Shown piece after piece: positions 36,658 through 46,595 of a stretch of 64,000 nucleotides of DNA. The stretch's first letter is position 1. The number at the start of each line of letters is the position of its first letter. The notes beneath the pieces are model-generated. The model ran no database searches. It saw nothing but the letters and a program-made list of their open reading frames with translations, and had not been told where the DNA came from. The stretch lies in the IMG/VR virus record IMGVR_UViG_3300048924_000191, positions 62,001 to 126,000 of that record; one strand, given 5' to 3'. A program made the translations under genes and the position numbers.

Positions 36658-36974
36658 TTCTTGGGTTTTATGGAACCCTTCTTTTTACGGGAGGGTTTTC
36701 CATGACGATCAACATCGTTGCGCGTGGGATGAAGTCCCTCACTACGACGATCGTGCTCCAGAGGGAAGTTCCACCAAGAAGCACCGCGACTGCGCAGAGT
36801 CGAATTGCGTTTGGCGACTTCCACCGCCTCCTTCGGAGACAGTTGTTTCACCGACTGCTCTTCCTCCAACAATCGAGCGGCTCCCAGGATCTCGGTCACC
36901 TCATCAGGCGTCAGTTTGGTTTCGATGGTCGCGCTGGCGCTGATATACGACTTTGAATCAATCGAGTTCGACAT
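36645..36974 (-). CDS. Hypothetical basic protein
   Basis: GAAGG RBS before MSNSID. Confidence 0.6.
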   Translation of the reverse strand: MSNSIDSKSYISASATIETKLTPDEVTEILGAARLLEEEQSVKQLSPKEAVEVAKRNSTLRSRGASWWNFPLEHDRRSEGLHPTRNDVDRHGKPSRKKKGSIKPKKWMK

Positions 36975-37653
36975 CACCTTCTCCCGGAGTGGTGGCCTTC
37001 TCCAAATCACGCCAGTCCTGAAGGATTCGGCGGTAGTGGTAGGTGATGGTCGCATGACCAAACCCAGGTTTGGCGACTTTCAAGATCAGGCCATTACCTT
37101 CCTGGTTCTTGAGGTTGTGTTCGAGGACAATCCACTCGCACTGGTCGAGTTGATTCGCCACCTCCATCGCAAACAGGCCGATCGGAGGATGAGTATCCGT
37201 CACCATGTTCATGGCCGCTAAGGTGATCTCAGCAGCCTTGTACGCCCACGGTGTCTGCGCAGGGATCTCGATGTCCTGGTCGATGAACGCCATCGTGTAG
37301 AACGGCTCTGGAGCCGTATCCTCGAGTTCGGCATAGCCGCGCTTCACGATCATCTCACGAATGCGTGAGCACATGATGAACGTCGCACGGTCTTGATGTT
37401 CAGGGTCCATGACCGGTTCAGGGAGGAGTGCCTCCATGACGATCTTGTTACCTGGACAGACGTGTTGCGGGAACGCATCAGCGATCAACGAGAACGGTTC
37501 CCCAACCGACCACATCAGGTCGTAGTGTTCAGCCCACCAAGCCGTCAGGTCTTGATCGAACTTCTTGTTGTCTTTGAACTGACTCAAGTTAACGACGTTA
37601 TCCACAAACCACCTCAGCTTCTTTGCGTTTCTTCTTCCGCTCTTTACGGGCAT
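36958..37653 (-). CDS. Hypothetical protein
   Basis: 231-aa ORF in operon. Confidence 0.7.
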   Translation of the reverse strand: MPVKSGRRNAKKLRWFVDNVVNLSQFKDNKKFDQDLTAWWAEHYDLMWSVGEPFSLIADAFPQHVCPGNKIVMEALLPEPVMDPEHQDRATFIMCSRIREMIVKRGYAELEDTAPEPFYTMAFIDQDIEIPAQTPWAYKAAEITLAAMNMVTDTHPPIGLFAMEVANQLDQCEWIVLEHNLKNQEGNGLILKVAKPGFGHATITYHYRRILQDWRDLEKATTPGEGDVELD

Positions 37654-37966
37654 TGATAAACGAACCGTCTACCTTTGCCTTCCAAGCACTCTTGTACGAC
37701 GTATGACCCAGCGCGTGCGCCAGGATTTCCAACGCACCCCCGTACGTCAAGTTACCTTCGGACAATTCCATCACTGTCCTTGCCAGGCCTTTGAAACGGT
37801 TGTGGGTCACGAAGTCCACCGTGGTCAGCCGATGAAGGAGACCGACGACGTCTGTGTGTTTACCGCTTTCCTCGTAAGGAACCCTATCCCGCAGTCTTTC
37901 TCCGACCGCGTTCATTACCCCACGAGAATAGGCTCGAAAACCATTCTTCAACGATTCGGATTCCAT
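37598..37966 (-). CDS. Protein with Glyoxalase_8-like HTH motif
   Basis: K.LAR......LTY..ALEILAHALGH.SY. Confidence 0.5.
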   Translation of the reverse strand: MESESLKNGFRAYSRGVMNAVGERLRDRVPYEESGKHTDVVGLLHRLTTVDFVTHNRFKGLARTVMELSEGNLTYGGALEILAHALGHTSYKSAWKAKVDGSFINARKERKKKRKEAEVVCG

Positions 37967-37979
37967 AAGTCCCCCATGA

Positions 37980-38120
37980 CTACTTGGTCGAATTAACGAC
38001 CTTACTTCCGTTGGATTGGTTTGCGTTTTGTTGTTTCTCCGCGATCTTCGGCAGCATACAAAGTACCAGCGCGAAGATCGCCAACATTACAATCTGTGGT
38101 CCAATTCCGTTGAACTTCAT
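37980..38120 (-). CDS. 46-aa membrane peptide (not in ORF track)
   Basis: MKFNGIGPQIVMLAIFALVLCMLPKIAEK...; fills gap. Confidence 0.5.
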   Translation of the reverse strand: MKFNGIGPQIVMLAIFALVLCMLPKIAEKQQNANQSNGSKVVNSTK

Positions 38121-38123
38121 AGA

Positions 38124-38639
38124 TCACCCGAACGAAATGTGAGGGGCGTGGACTTTGACGGCGGATACCAGATGTCGGGTCAGCTCGCACGGGATCGGGT
38201 CGTGGCTGATGCGGTAGTGCTGAGGTAGCAACGATACCCGGCGACTCAGCACGCCGATGTCCAGGCCGTTGGCAACGACCAGGTACATCTCAGCTGGTTT
38301 ACCGTCATGCAGCTCGGCACGACCGATGTTCAGCACTTCGAGCGAAGGCTTGACCGCTGGTTGTTTGAATTCGAACTTGAAGTTCAGCATTGCTGGCTCA
38401 CCCACTGCCTTGGCAAAGAACTTCTCATCGAACTTGCTGTCAGCGTTCGTCATGGTTGGACGATAGACGAACGTTTCAGCCAGCACGTAAGCAAGGCCCG
38501 GCGCGTGACGCACTACCATGAAAGGAGCGGTACTCGAACTCAGGAAATCCTGCTCCGACTCTTGTTGCAAGAAACGCAACATGTACGCGCCATTGACCAT
38601 CGTGGCTATGGCGAGAACGTAATTCTTCTTTTGTTCCAT
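38124..38639 (-). CDS. Hypothetical protein
   Basis: AGGA RBS, promoter upstream. Confidence 0.7.
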   Translation of the reverse strand: MEQKKNYVLAIATMVNGAYMLRFLQQESEQDFLSSSTAPFMVVRHAPGLAYVLAETFVYRPTMTNADSKFDEKFFAKAVGEPAMLNFKFEFKQPAVKPSLEVLNIGRAELHDGKPAEMYLVVANGLDIGVLSRRVSLLPQHYRISHDPIPCELTRHLVSAVKVHAPHISFG

Positions 38640-38668
38640 TGGATGAATTCCTAGTGGTGATTCATTCG

Positions 38669-38694
38669 GATAATGTATCGTCTAAAAAAGTTAC
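38669..38694 (-). promoter_or_regulatory. Putative early promoter
   Basis: GTAACTTTTTTAGACGATACATTAT. Confidence 0.6.
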
Positions 38695-38731
38695 GACATT
38701 CATACAAACAGTTGTTTCAGTAACTTTAAAC

Positions 38732-38780
38732 AAAAAAAAGAAGCGCTATCCAGCAGGCACATGCCTGCTGGATAGCTATG
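38732..38780 (-). terminator. Hairpin terminator with T-run
   Basis: GCTATCCAGCAGGCA/TGCCTGCTGGATAGC. Confidence 0.85.
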
Positions 38781-38784
38781 TTCT

Positions 38785-39258
38785 TTACTCAGGTTGCAAG
38801 GCATCGAGGCCATCGTTGATTGCGCCTCTGAGGTTCATCCACAGGGCGGTAGCCTTCGCGTTATCACGCACAGCGACGTCGAGCAGTTTGGCGAACGTTA
38901 CACCTGGGAGACCCGCCAGGAGCACACGGCGCAATTGCTCGTTGAACTCATCGTCGTTGTACAACTCAGTGCCCGACCACTTGGTGGACACGCCCAGCAC
39001 GTTGCCAGACTGATCGATCGCCATCCAGCCGATCATGGTCGGCAAGATAATGCCGGTCAGGTCGGCGCCGCGTTTGAACTGCTGGCTGTAGGTGAATGCC
39101 ATTTTGGCACCGATCTTGCTTTGGTCCAATGCGCAGAGTGCGCGTGCAAGAGCGCCAGACTTCTGTACGCTGGCGCATACGGTGCTCAGGTATTCCAGGC
39201 CTTTCACTGGGTTTACCGTTGCGATGGCCAGGTTCTTTTCCTTGACGCTGCTTGACAT
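38785..39258 (-). CDS. Hypothetical protein
   Basis: AGGAG RBS before MSSSVK. Confidence 0.7.
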   Translation of the reverse strand: MSSSVKEKNLAIATVNPVKGLEYLSTVCASVQKSGALARALCALDQSKIGAKMAFTYSQQFKRGADLTGIILPTMIGWMAIDQSGNVLGVSTKWSGTELYNDDEFNEQLRRVLLAGLPGVTFAKLLDVAVRDNAKATALWMNLRGAINDGLDALQPE

Positions 39259-39271
39259 GTTGAATCTCCTA

Positions 39272-39601
39272 TCAGTGTTGTGGCGGTTTGCCGATGTAAC
39301 GCTCGCAGTGCGCGAGCTGGTTTGCCGACGATGCATCGGCTGATACTGTGCTAACGAATGATTCATTTACAGCCTCCTGGACCATCGGGTACATTGCTTT
39401 GTAACCGGGGTCTTCCATGCGCTTGGGGTCACTGACACGCCCCAAGAAATGCTCAAGGGGGACTCCAGCGTCACGACTCATTACCGCAGCCTTCGCAATA
39501 AGTGCGATGCCTTGGCAGTCAGAGCGAGTGACGAGGAATTGATCAGCAGCGTTTACAGCAAAGGTGGATACGGCCAACATAAGGGCAATTGCGGTTTTCA
39601 T
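39272..39601 (-). CDS. Exported protein with signal peptide
   Basis: MKTAIALMLAVSTFAVNA-A; two Cys. Confidence 0.7.
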   Translation of the reverse strand: MKTAIALMLAVSTFAVNAADQFLVTRSDCQGIALIAKAAVMSRDAGVPLEHFLGRVSDPKRMEDPGYKAMYPMVQEAVNESFVSTVSADASSANQLAHCERYIGKPPQH

Positions 39602-39657
39602 GGGTGGTCCTTGCAGATGAAAAGAGATGAGCCAGGACACCTGGCTCATCTGGCACG

Positions 39658-39966
39658 TCAGCCTACGATCTCGGCGATCAGGCTGCGCATGTCCCGGCTC
39701 AGAGCTTCGAGCAGTTCGGGTCGGGTGATGCTGGTGTCGAATCGTTCGAGCAGTTGTTCGTAACCTGCTTTGGACTTCTTCTTCACTTCAGCACTGGCCT
39801 TATCGAACACAGCCTTCAGCTCTTTGACGTCGTCTTTCACCAGGTCAACAGCGGCCTGATAGTTCGACAGCGCTTTTCGTTTCTGCTGCCAGTCGCGGAA
39901 TCGCCAGCCTGCGTAGAACCCTACGCCTGCGGCTACCACAACCCCCGTTACTTGTGCGGCTTGCAT
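39658..39966 (-). CDS. N-terminal membrane-anchored helical protein (similar in design to the 11976-12975 trio)
   Basis: GVVVAAGVGFYAGWR plus helical tail. Confidence 0.7.
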   Translation of the reverse strand: MQAAQVTGVVVAAGVGFYAGWRFRDWQQKRKALSNYQAAVDLVKDDVKELKAVFDKASAEVKKKSKAGYEQLLERFDTSITRPELLEALSRDMRSLIAEIVG

Positions 39967-40000
39967 AGGCAATACCTCGTTGGTGGTTGATGTTGCATGA

Positions 40001-40028
40001 CGACTATGTATCATCATAAAAAAGTTAA
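40001..40028 (-). promoter_or_regulatory. Putative strong early promoter
   Basis: TAACTTTTTTATGATGATACATAGTCG. Confidence 0.7.
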
Positions 40029-40031
40029 ATA

Positions 40032-40075
40032 GCATAAAACACCACCACTACCTGGGATGTCCCAGGTAGTGGTGG
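40032..40075 (-). terminator. Hairpin terminator plus TTTTATGC
   Basis: CCACCACTACCTGGGA/TCCCAGGTAGTGGTGG. Confidence 0.85.
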
Positions 40076-40083
40076 GTAGTACG

Positions 40084-40824
40084 TCAGAAGTTCTCGGTGG
40101 AGTAGTGCGGCTGGCCTTGTTTGATGATGGTCTTGCCGAGGCGGATGAACGCATCGGTAGGCATCAACACCGGCTTATCTGCATACATCTTGCGCACGAC
40201 AGTACGCACGATCTCCAGCGAAAGCACGGAGTCAGGAGTGAAATGTTTGTGCAAGCTTTCGAAGGAGACTTCCCAACTGCCTTTCTTGTCCTTCGTAGGG
40301 CCGGCCGTCAAGCCGTGGTAGACCTGGAGGAACATGGCTTGCGCTGGATCGATCGACGGGCACCAAGCCTCATGGAAGAAGCTGACACCGAATCCTTCAC
40401 GCTGGATGATTTCGCGCAGACTGTCGTCGTAGTTCTGGATGTTGATGTGCTGTTGGTCATCCACTTCGAGGTACTCACGAGCGATGAACAACGCGCAGGT
40501 CAGGTAATCGAGTACCAGGAAGCGATTCATCAAATCGTGGAGTTTGAGCTCTACCATTTCGGTACCGTCGCTGGAGACAGTTGAGCTGGTCACATTGCCG
40601 ATCGAGCCTTCGTGACGCTGTTCGATCCGTTCGGCGGTTTCTTGCACGCGTTTGAGGAAGTCCGGGGTTGGTTCGACGGACCACTCGTCGTCGCGACAGA
40701 TGCGGCGTTGAGTGACGATGGTCTTACCGTTCTCCAGGTGGAGGTGTACACGCTTGAGTTTGACTTCAGGTAGGACAAAGGCTTCTTCCATACCTTTGAG
40801 TGTTTCAGTGAGAGCTTTAGACAT
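40084..40824 (-). CDS. Hypothetical protein
   Basis: 246-aa ORF coupled to DHH gene. Confidence 0.7.
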   Translation of the reverse strand: MSKALTETLKGMEEAFVLPEVKLKRVHLHLENGKTIVTQRRICRDDEWSVEPTPDFLKRVQETAERIEQRHEGSIGNVTSSTVSSDGTEMVELKLHDLMNRFLVLDYLTCALFIAREYLEVDDQQHINIQNYDDSLREIIQREGFGVSFFHEAWCPSIDPAQAMFLQVYHGLTAGPTKDKKGSWEVSFESLHKHFTPDSVLSLEIVRTVVRKMYADKPVLMPTDAFIRLGKTIIKQGQPHYSTENF

Positions 40825-41774
40825 TATTGACCTTCCTTAGGGACGGATGGATTGACGGTGAGGAGCTTGCTGATGAAAGCTGGATTACCGAGCAGTTGTG
40901 CGATGGTCGACTTGTCCTTGGAGAACGAACAACCGGCAGCTTTCGGGTTACCGGCGCCGTTGAACATGGCGGCGAATTCAGCTGCGTTAAGACCCCGGTT
41001 ACCGTTCGTACGGAAACTGCCTTTACGGTAGCCGGCGTAGTCCTCGTACATGACGACGAGACAGTAGCGATCAGTCAGACGATCTGCCACCTTGTTAGCA
41101 ATGTAACGTGGGGCGTTTACCACTGGGATCAGCAGACCTGGATAGAAGAAGTCCAGGTCGAGGTATTCGACCATCTTGAGGTGCCAGTCAACCATCTGGT
41201 TATCTTTCTTGACCAGCAGCTGACCGCCCTTCACTGCGCTATCCCAGTTCTCGTGGATCGCATCGACCGAGGAGAACGACAGACCCAGCATGCCGAGATA
41301 GGCCATGATCGGTTCAGTGGTCTCATGTTCGAACTTCCACAGGTCATGGTCCTGAGCTGCCTGAACGATAGGCGGCATCTCGTGGTTAGCCCACAGTTGA
41401 TGCCATGCGATACCTGCACCAGAACGACTGTGGTCGAACACAACGTTGGTCGGACAGCAATCTTCGCTGAAGTCGATACCGATGAAGTTCTTCTCAGCCG
41501 ACTCGTGGTGGTCGAACACGCACAGCTGTTTCGCCACCGATGCGATTTTGAGCATGTAGTCAACCGGCCAGCTGAAGTCGGTGATGATCACGATCCGGTC
41601 ATGGAACAGTTCTACATCAGGCAAGTAGTCGCGATAGTCCCAGTACAGCACTTCGTACGAGTACCCACACTCGATTGCCCAACGGTGTACGACCCAGGCT
41701 GACACGAGCCCGTCAAAACAATCCTTGTGGCTGATGTTCAGCACTGAGCCAAGGGGTGCAGTTGCATTGCTCAT
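40824..41774 (-). CDS. DHH/DHHA1 phosphoesterase
   Basis: H.DC.DG, TDFS, FDHH, D.DLWKF, C-terminal G.G.P.AAG. Confidence 0.85.
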   Translation of the reverse strand: MSNATAPLGSVLNISHKDCFDGLVSAWVVHRWAIECGYSYEVLYWDYRDYLPDVELFHDRIVIITDFSWPVDYMLKIASVAKQLCVFDHHESAEKNFIGIDFSEDCCPTNVVFDHSRSGAGIAWHQLWANHEMPPIVQAAQDHDLWKFEHETTEPIMAYLGMLGLSFSSVDAIHENWDSAVKGGQLLVKKDNQMVDWHLKMVEYLDLDFFYPGLLIPVVNAPRYIANKVADRLTDRYCLVVMYEDYAGYRKGSFRTNGNRGLNAAEFAAMFNGAGNPKAAGCSFSKDKSTIAQLLGNPAFISKLLTVNPSVPKEGQ

Positions 41775-41785
41775 TGACGCTCTTC

Positions 41786-42538
41786 CTATTTGTATTCTGA
41801 ATCGGGTGTGTGGTTGGTGATGAACGCACTCGCCAACAACTCCATCTCTCGCATGGCATCTGCAATTGTAGGGGCGATGTGAATCAACGCAAAGCTGGTT
41901 AGCGATGTACCGAACCTTCCATTTACAGGGAGTTCAATATCCAAGACTACCGAGGCGACGTGCTTGCTGTCCTGACAACGCTTGAATTGTTCGTCCAACA
42001 GTTTAGTCAGCACTACTGGCGCGATGTAGTTAGACCGCAAGAACATGAGGATTTGTTCAACCCTTAAGTTCTTGTCCATAGGTCGCGAATCGATCGTCAG
42101 ATGACCACGACTTTCAAGGATGGTGGGTGTCGAGGCTTTACCGGCCTTGAGCTTACCCTCAGGAGACAACTCAATCACAGCACGCTCATAGAGCGCCCAG
42201 TCACGTTTGGAGATGACCGTACTGCAGAGGAGTTTGTCCGTCCCCAGCGTGACGGCAAGAGCTCTGGCAACCTCTATTGCGTTGTGGCGATGACGGTGTT
42301 CGCCCTCTTCAAGCGTTACCGTAAACTCGGTATTGAGAAACGGCCCGAACTTGCGCACGAACCATAAGAGAGGTGCATTCTGATACTTTTTATCAGGACC
42401 CCATTTGGTCATGTCGTTGAGTCGTTCGACGAACGCCATGAGACTGTATTCGCGGGACACCGTGATGGTCAGGTAAAAGAAGCCTGACTTGATGTGGGTG
42501 ATCCGGAAGATTCTGAAATACCTTTGTGGACTGTACAC
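41786..42538 (-). CDS. Protein with degenerate GIY-YIG-like N-terminus
   Basis: IFRITHIKSGFFY; GGAGG RBS, GTG start. Confidence 0.5.
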   Translation of the reverse strand: MYSPQRYFRIFRITHIKSGFFYLTITVSREYSLMAFVERLNDMTKWGPDKKYQNAPLLWFVRKFGPFLNTEFTVTLEEGEHRHRHNAIEVARALAVTLGTDKLLCSTVISKRDWALYERAVIELSPEGKLKAGKASTPTILESRGHLTIDSRPMDKNLRVEQILMFLRSNYIAPVVLTKLLDEQFKRCQDSKHVASVVLDIELPVNGRFGTSLTSFALIHIAPTIADAMREMELLASAFITNHTPDSEYK

Positions 42539-42596
42539 ATGACCTCCCTGACAAAAAGAAGAAAAGAACCGGGAGCCTACGCCCCCGGTCTTCGAG

Positions 42597-43280
42597 TTAC
42601 TCAGTCGCTCGAATCGATTTGAGAACGTGCGACCAGGCAAATGCTGCGCTGGATGGACCCCCGTTGTTCCCTTCCATGATCTCAGCGATCCGGTCGTGGA
42701 TGATTTCCACCGACAGTACCGATTGACCGCGTTTCAACATACCGCGGACGTGTTCGGGGAGATCAGCGAACCCAGGGATCGACTCAAGGATTTCAATAAT
42801 GCGTTTGAGATCACTCTGGATCTCCCAAGGATTGGGAAATTCCGAACCGACCGAGAGGGTCTGGATCGCCGAAGCGTTGGTTCTTGGCTTCAGATCAGCG
42901 AAGTAGTTCCAGACCTTGACGATAAAGAACTGACCGATACCCGCATAATCGGTATCGTCGAGCGTAGCGTTCGCCAGTTCGATGCCGTGACGATTGAGCA
43001 GTCCGCTATCTTCAGCGACCTTCCAGAAACCCTGACCGTGTTGTCCTTTGAACTTGCCGGACTTACGCACGACCAAAGCGGTGAGAGGCGGGAGGCCTTT
43101 ATGGTCGCACCAGTGGAAGATCTCCAGCAAGAGCTTGGTGACAGCCATGGACAGAGCGTTACCTTGCGTGGGAAGGCCGCACTCGATAGCCAGGGCTTCG
43201 TAATAGGTGGTTTCCCGACGGCAGGCTACGCCCATCAGGAATTGTACTGCTTTCTGGTTTACGTTCATTTCTTGAGTCAT
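42597..43280 (-). CDS. Putative DNA-binding protein (ATase-like HTH motif)
   Basis: TYY..LA...GL...LPPLTALVV.K....G.GF. Confidence 0.55.
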   Translation of the reverse strand: MTQEMNVNQKAVQFLMGVACRRETTYYEALAIECGLPTQGNALSMAVTKLLLEIFHWCDHKGLPPLTALVVRKSGKFKGQHGQGFWKVAEDSGLLNRHGIELANATLDDTDYAGIGQFFIVKVWNYFADLKPRTNASAIQTLSVGSEFPNPWEIQSDLKRIIEILESIPGFADLPEHVRGMLKRGQSVLSVEIIHDRIAEIMEGNNGGPSSAAFAWSHVLKSIRATE

Positions 43281-43333
43281 GTGACTTTCCTATACGTCGT
43301 GTGACGTTGGGTGGTTTTGGCAGAATTGCCGTG

Positions 43334-43600
43334 TTACAGTGTTGCTCGGTACTCCGCAACCTTCTTGCGGATCATGTTGCGGTATTGTTCGGAATCACAG
43401 CCTGCGCGAGCGATGCAGCTGTAAATGTATTGATCGGCGCAGACCCAGAAGTGGTCGTCCGTAGGTTTGAATGGTCCGGTATAGGTTTTCCGATAGAAAC
43501 TATCTTTTTCCACCATATCCTCGAGGAGTTCTTCTACTTTAATCTCATCGAGTTGGAAGTGAAGTTCGTCCTTACGCTCTTTACGAGTTTTCGTGCTCAT
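43334..43600 (-). CDS. Hypothetical protein
   Basis: Operon context. Confidence 0.6.
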   Translation of the reverse strand: MSTKTRKERKDELHFQLDEIKVEELLEDMVEKDSFYRKTYTGPFKPTDDHFWVCADQYIYSCIARAGCDSEQYRNMIRKKVAEYRATL

Positions 43601-43610
43601 TTCTTTATAC

Positions 43611-43976
43611 CTACCCTAGTCTGATGCGTTTAAGGTGTTTTGGGTCGATGTAGCGGATCTCAGCCAGCCACTCGTTAACCCGTTTCTTCGACAGTACGAC
43701 CTCGAGCGATTTCTCGTGCCGTACGTCACCAATGCGAGTGACCCAGGCGCCCTCACCATCGCGCATCGCCACCGAGAAATTAGGACCATACGTCACGGTC
43801 ATCTGCACATCTACTCGACCAAGCGAATCGAAGAATGTGTAACCTTCTTCGGCTTGATTCGCCATGCGGTTGTAATGCCTACACGCATAGACAGTAGCCC
43901 GATAAGAACGTGTGTCATTGAACCAGGCTGGATCGATCTCATCGAGATCGACTGTTACTACAGACTTCTTGGACAT
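43611..43976 (-). CDS. Hypothetical protein
   Basis: GGAG RBS before MSKKS. Confidence 0.65.
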   Translation of the reverse strand: MSKKSVVTVDLDEIDPAWFNDTRSYRATVYACRHYNRMANQAEEGYTFFDSLGRVDVQMTVTYGPNFSVAMRDGEGAWVTRIGDVRHEKSLEVVLSKKRVNEWLAEIRYIDPKHLKRIRLG

Positions 43977-44023
43977 AAAGACTCCAACAGGTGCAGCGGC
44001 CTGAGCCGCCACACCCATACGCG

Positions 44024-44566
44024 TTACTGAACGGCTTTGACCGTGATCGGATCAGACTTGACCGACAGCGGCTGGTCAGACACGAAGTAGTTCAGGCCGT
44101 TGACTTCGATGTAGGTGTCGGTCGCCGCGTCGAAGAAGAAGACAGCGCGGCAATCACCGCCGCCGTAGGTACCGCCCAGCCCAGGTGCTTTCATCAGCTG
44201 ACTGGAGTGACCGTAGCTGGTGGATACGTGCCAGAGATCATCCGGTGGCGTCAGGAGAGCGCAGACCGATACGGGGCGAGTGTTCGATACGTAGTAGCCC
44301 ATCTGCTGACCGTTGTCGGCGAGGATGTAGACGTAGAAGAGTTTACCCTTCTCGTCCAGGCGCTTGACTTGCTTCGCTACCGCTTCACGCGACAGGAAGT
44401 TGCTGACCCGAGGAACTGGTACCGTAGCGGTGGCGCGATCCATCACGCTTTTCTGCGCAGCGACGTTGGTGTCGCGGGCGGTTGGTGCTTCTGACGAACA
44501 GCTGGTGTTACCCATCATGGCTGCAGCCAGGAACAGACCGCATACTCCGTAGATCAGTTTACGCAT
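44024..44566 (-). CDS. Putative lipoprotein
   Basis: Signal peptide ending GNTSC. Confidence 0.7.
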   Translation of the reverse strand: MRKLIYGVCGLFLAAAMMGNTSCSSEAPTARDTNVAAQKSVMDRATATVPVPRVSNFLSREAVAKQVKRLDEKGKLFYVYILADNGQQMGYYVSNTRPVSVCALLTPPDDLWHVSTSYGHSSQLMKAPGLGGTYGGGDCRAVFFFDAATDTYIEVNGLNYFVSDQPLSVKSDPITVKAVQ

Positions 44567-45000
44567 TGCGTTTTACCCCCAGTGATGGAATCGTCGAGTT
44601 GTTGCGGCAGGCTGGAATCCTTGAAGCGTGCCTGCGTGTAGACCTTGCGCACGTCAGCATTGTACTGCGCGATGGCGCGACTACGCTGAGCCTTGATGCC
44701 GGCGATGACCGTTTGCAGACGGCTCTTATCTTCCGGAGTGGTGGCTGCTTTCAAGGCCGCTTCTTGCACCTCGATCGAGCCTTCGTAGCCCTGGATCGCA
44801 GCGCACTGGTCGAAGTACTTCTCGTAGTTACCGATGCGGCTGTCGGCACTTTCGATCTTCCACTCGGCGTCTGCCTTACCGGCGACTGGCGCCATGTAGT
44901 ACTTCCAGGCGAAACCGCCCAGAGTCAGGAGGATCAGCACCAGAACGGCGAAGATGATCCACCGACCGGTGTAGGTGAACTCGTTGTCATACTTGGCCAT
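44554..45000 (-). CDS. Membrane-anchored helical protein
   Basis: TM helix then I.QYNA motif; overlaps lipoprotein gene. Confidence 0.7.
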   Translation of the reverse strand: MAKYDNEFTYTGRWIIFAVLVLILLTLGGFAWKYYMAPVAGKADAEWKIESADSRIGNYEKYFDQCAAIQGYEGSIEVQEAALKAATTPEDKSRLQTVIAGIKAQRSRAIAQYNADVRKVYTQARFKDSSLPQQLDDSITGGKTQCVN

Positions 45001-45139
45001 ACGTGCGTTCCTTTTGACGATGTTTGTCGTACGCCGCTACTCGTTCCATGTATTTCTTGGCACGGTCACCGGTCACGTACAGCGGGAAGATATACTCACC
45101 CGCCAGTGGGTTTTGCTTAGTACGCTGTCCGTCGGACAT
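44987..45139 (-). CDS. 50-aa hypothetical protein (not in ORF track)
   Basis: MSDGQRTKQNPLAGEYIFPLY...; AGGAG RBS. Confidence 0.5.
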   Translation of the reverse strand: MSDGQRTKQNPLAGEYIFPLYVTGDRAKKYMERVAAYDKHRQKERTYGQV

Positions 45140-45193
45140 GTTGCGCTCCTAATGGTTGGATGGACCTCTTATCCCGGAGGTCCTTCGGGTAAA

Positions 45194-45517
45194 TCAGGAG
45201 TTAAAGCTGATCGCCACTTGCTGCGGATGGACGAGTTCAACGATACCACGACTCTCCAACTCAGCACCGATCCGCTCTTTGAGCGTGGCGAGGTTCTTCG
45301 CCATCAACTCTTCACGGTTCAGCGGGCTGACAACAACACCGGTGTCATCCGGCGTAACGCGAACGGCTGGGACGCGCAGAGAGAACTCGCCTTGGAAAAT
45401 ACTTCCCTGACCGTCCACCATGGCCCCCAGATCGACATGAGTCGTGAGGTAGGTAAGATGGTCGGCGCCGTTAGAGAAGCGGTGCTCTACACGAGCGATG
45501 AGATGGCTGAGATCCAT
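45194..45517 (-). CDS. Hypothetical protein
   Basis: AAGGAGG RBS. Confidence 0.7.
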   Translation of the reverse strand: MDLSHLIARVEHRFSNGADHLTYLTTHVDLGAMVDGQGSIFQGEFSLRVPAVRVTPDDTGVVVSPLNREELMAKNLATLKERIGAELESRGIVELVHPQQVAISFNS

Positions 45518-45526
45518 TGATCCTCC

Positions 45527-45913
45527 TTAACCTTCGCCGCGAAGCGGACTGACATCAATAGCCACACCGCCTGCGCTGACGACCGATTCCGATTCGTCGT
45601 TGCTGGCGAGTAGCGCCTGTTCGATTTCCTGGAGCAGCAGGTTCTGGTTCTTGGTCATCAGGAAGACGCGGTTGATTGGCGTCGCTTCCAGACCCTGGTC
45701 CGGCACCAGAGGTTTGACCGGTTCGGCCGATACCGTGGTGGTGAACTCACCGTGACGTTTCTCGCCGTCAGCGTAGATGACTTCGCCGATGCTGATCTTG
45801 GTTTCCAGGATGTGGTCGCCGTGAGTATCGAGCTTGAAGACGTGGTGGACGTCTTGGAACAGACGAGTCAGGTCGGAACGGTTGGTGATGATGATCGGAT
45901 CGGGAATGCTCAT
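45527..45913 (-). CDS. Hypothetical protein
   Basis: GGAG RBS. Confidence 0.7.
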   Translation of the reverse strand: MSIPDPIIITNRSDLTRLFQDVHHVFKLDTHGDHILETKISIGEVIYADGEKRHGEFTTTVSAEPVKPLVPDQGLEATPINRVFLMTKNQNLLLQEIEQALLASNDESESVVSAGGVAIDVSPLRGEG

Positions 45914-45977
45914 GGAATAATCTCCGTTGATTGGGTGAGTTTTGTTGTTCTACAGCAGTGGGTGATTCGGTAGGCTT

Positions 45978-46250
45978 TTACTCGCGGTACCGTACCTGGA
46001 TGCGACCTTCTTTACCTTCGCACGGCTTGTATTTGCGGTGGAAGGCCGCAGGCGTCATGCTGGACGAGTCGGCCGCGTCCATGTGGCGCTTGACGAAGAT
46101 CGAACCGTTCTTGACCTTGTCGACGATCACGTACTCAACACCGCGTTTGTCGTCTTTCCAGATAGTCCCTTTCTTGACTTCTGGGTATTCGACATCGCGC
46201 AAGTCGTTGCGCAGTTTCAACAGTTCTGTGTTGGTGGCTTGTTTACGCAC
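45978..46250 (-). CDS. Hypothetical protein (small beta-barrel-like)
   Basis: AAGGAG RBS; KKGTIW.D.KRG..Y.I. Confidence 0.65.
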   Translation of the reverse strand: MRKQATNTELLKLRNDLRDVEYPEVKKGTIWKDDKRGVEYVIVDKVKNGSIFVKRHMDAADSSSMTPAAFHRKYKPCEGKEGRIQVRYRE

Positions 46251-46262
46251 TGGTAGTTCTCC

Positions 46263-46595
46263 TTACTTGGCGAAGCGCTGTTTGTAGATAATGCGGTCGA
46301 TCATCTGCTCGAACGTGTAACCGCTCGGCTCAGTCGGCGTGTGATTGAACGTCACCAGAGAGGCGTGGTCGACGTAGGCCTGGAAGTTGAAGAAGTAGCG
46401 GCCTTGCTGCAACGACACCACCTCACACACCGTGTTACGGTCAGCTCTCTCCGACCACGGAACACAACCGTAGACGGAAACGCCATCTGGAGCCTGACCG
46501 GTTACGCCGAGGATGATGGTGCCGTCCTTACGAACGACACGATGATTCTCATCGATGGCGGCGATGAAGTTACGTATGATTTCTTCGCGGTTCAT
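46263..46595 (-). CDS. Hypothetical protein
   Basis: Coupled start/stop. Confidence 0.65.
   Translation of the reverse strand: MNREEIIRNFIAAIDENHRVVRKDGTIILGVTGQAPDGVSVYGCVPWSERADRNTVCEVVSLQQGRYFFNFQAYVDHASLVTFNHTPTEPSGYTFEQMIDRIIYKQRFAK

Noticed and set aside
44024-45000. Second spanin pair
   Set aside because: TM protein plus lipoprotein layout fits loosely, but the 180-aa globular lipoprotein is unlike an o-spanin and a better pair exists at 13097-13857.
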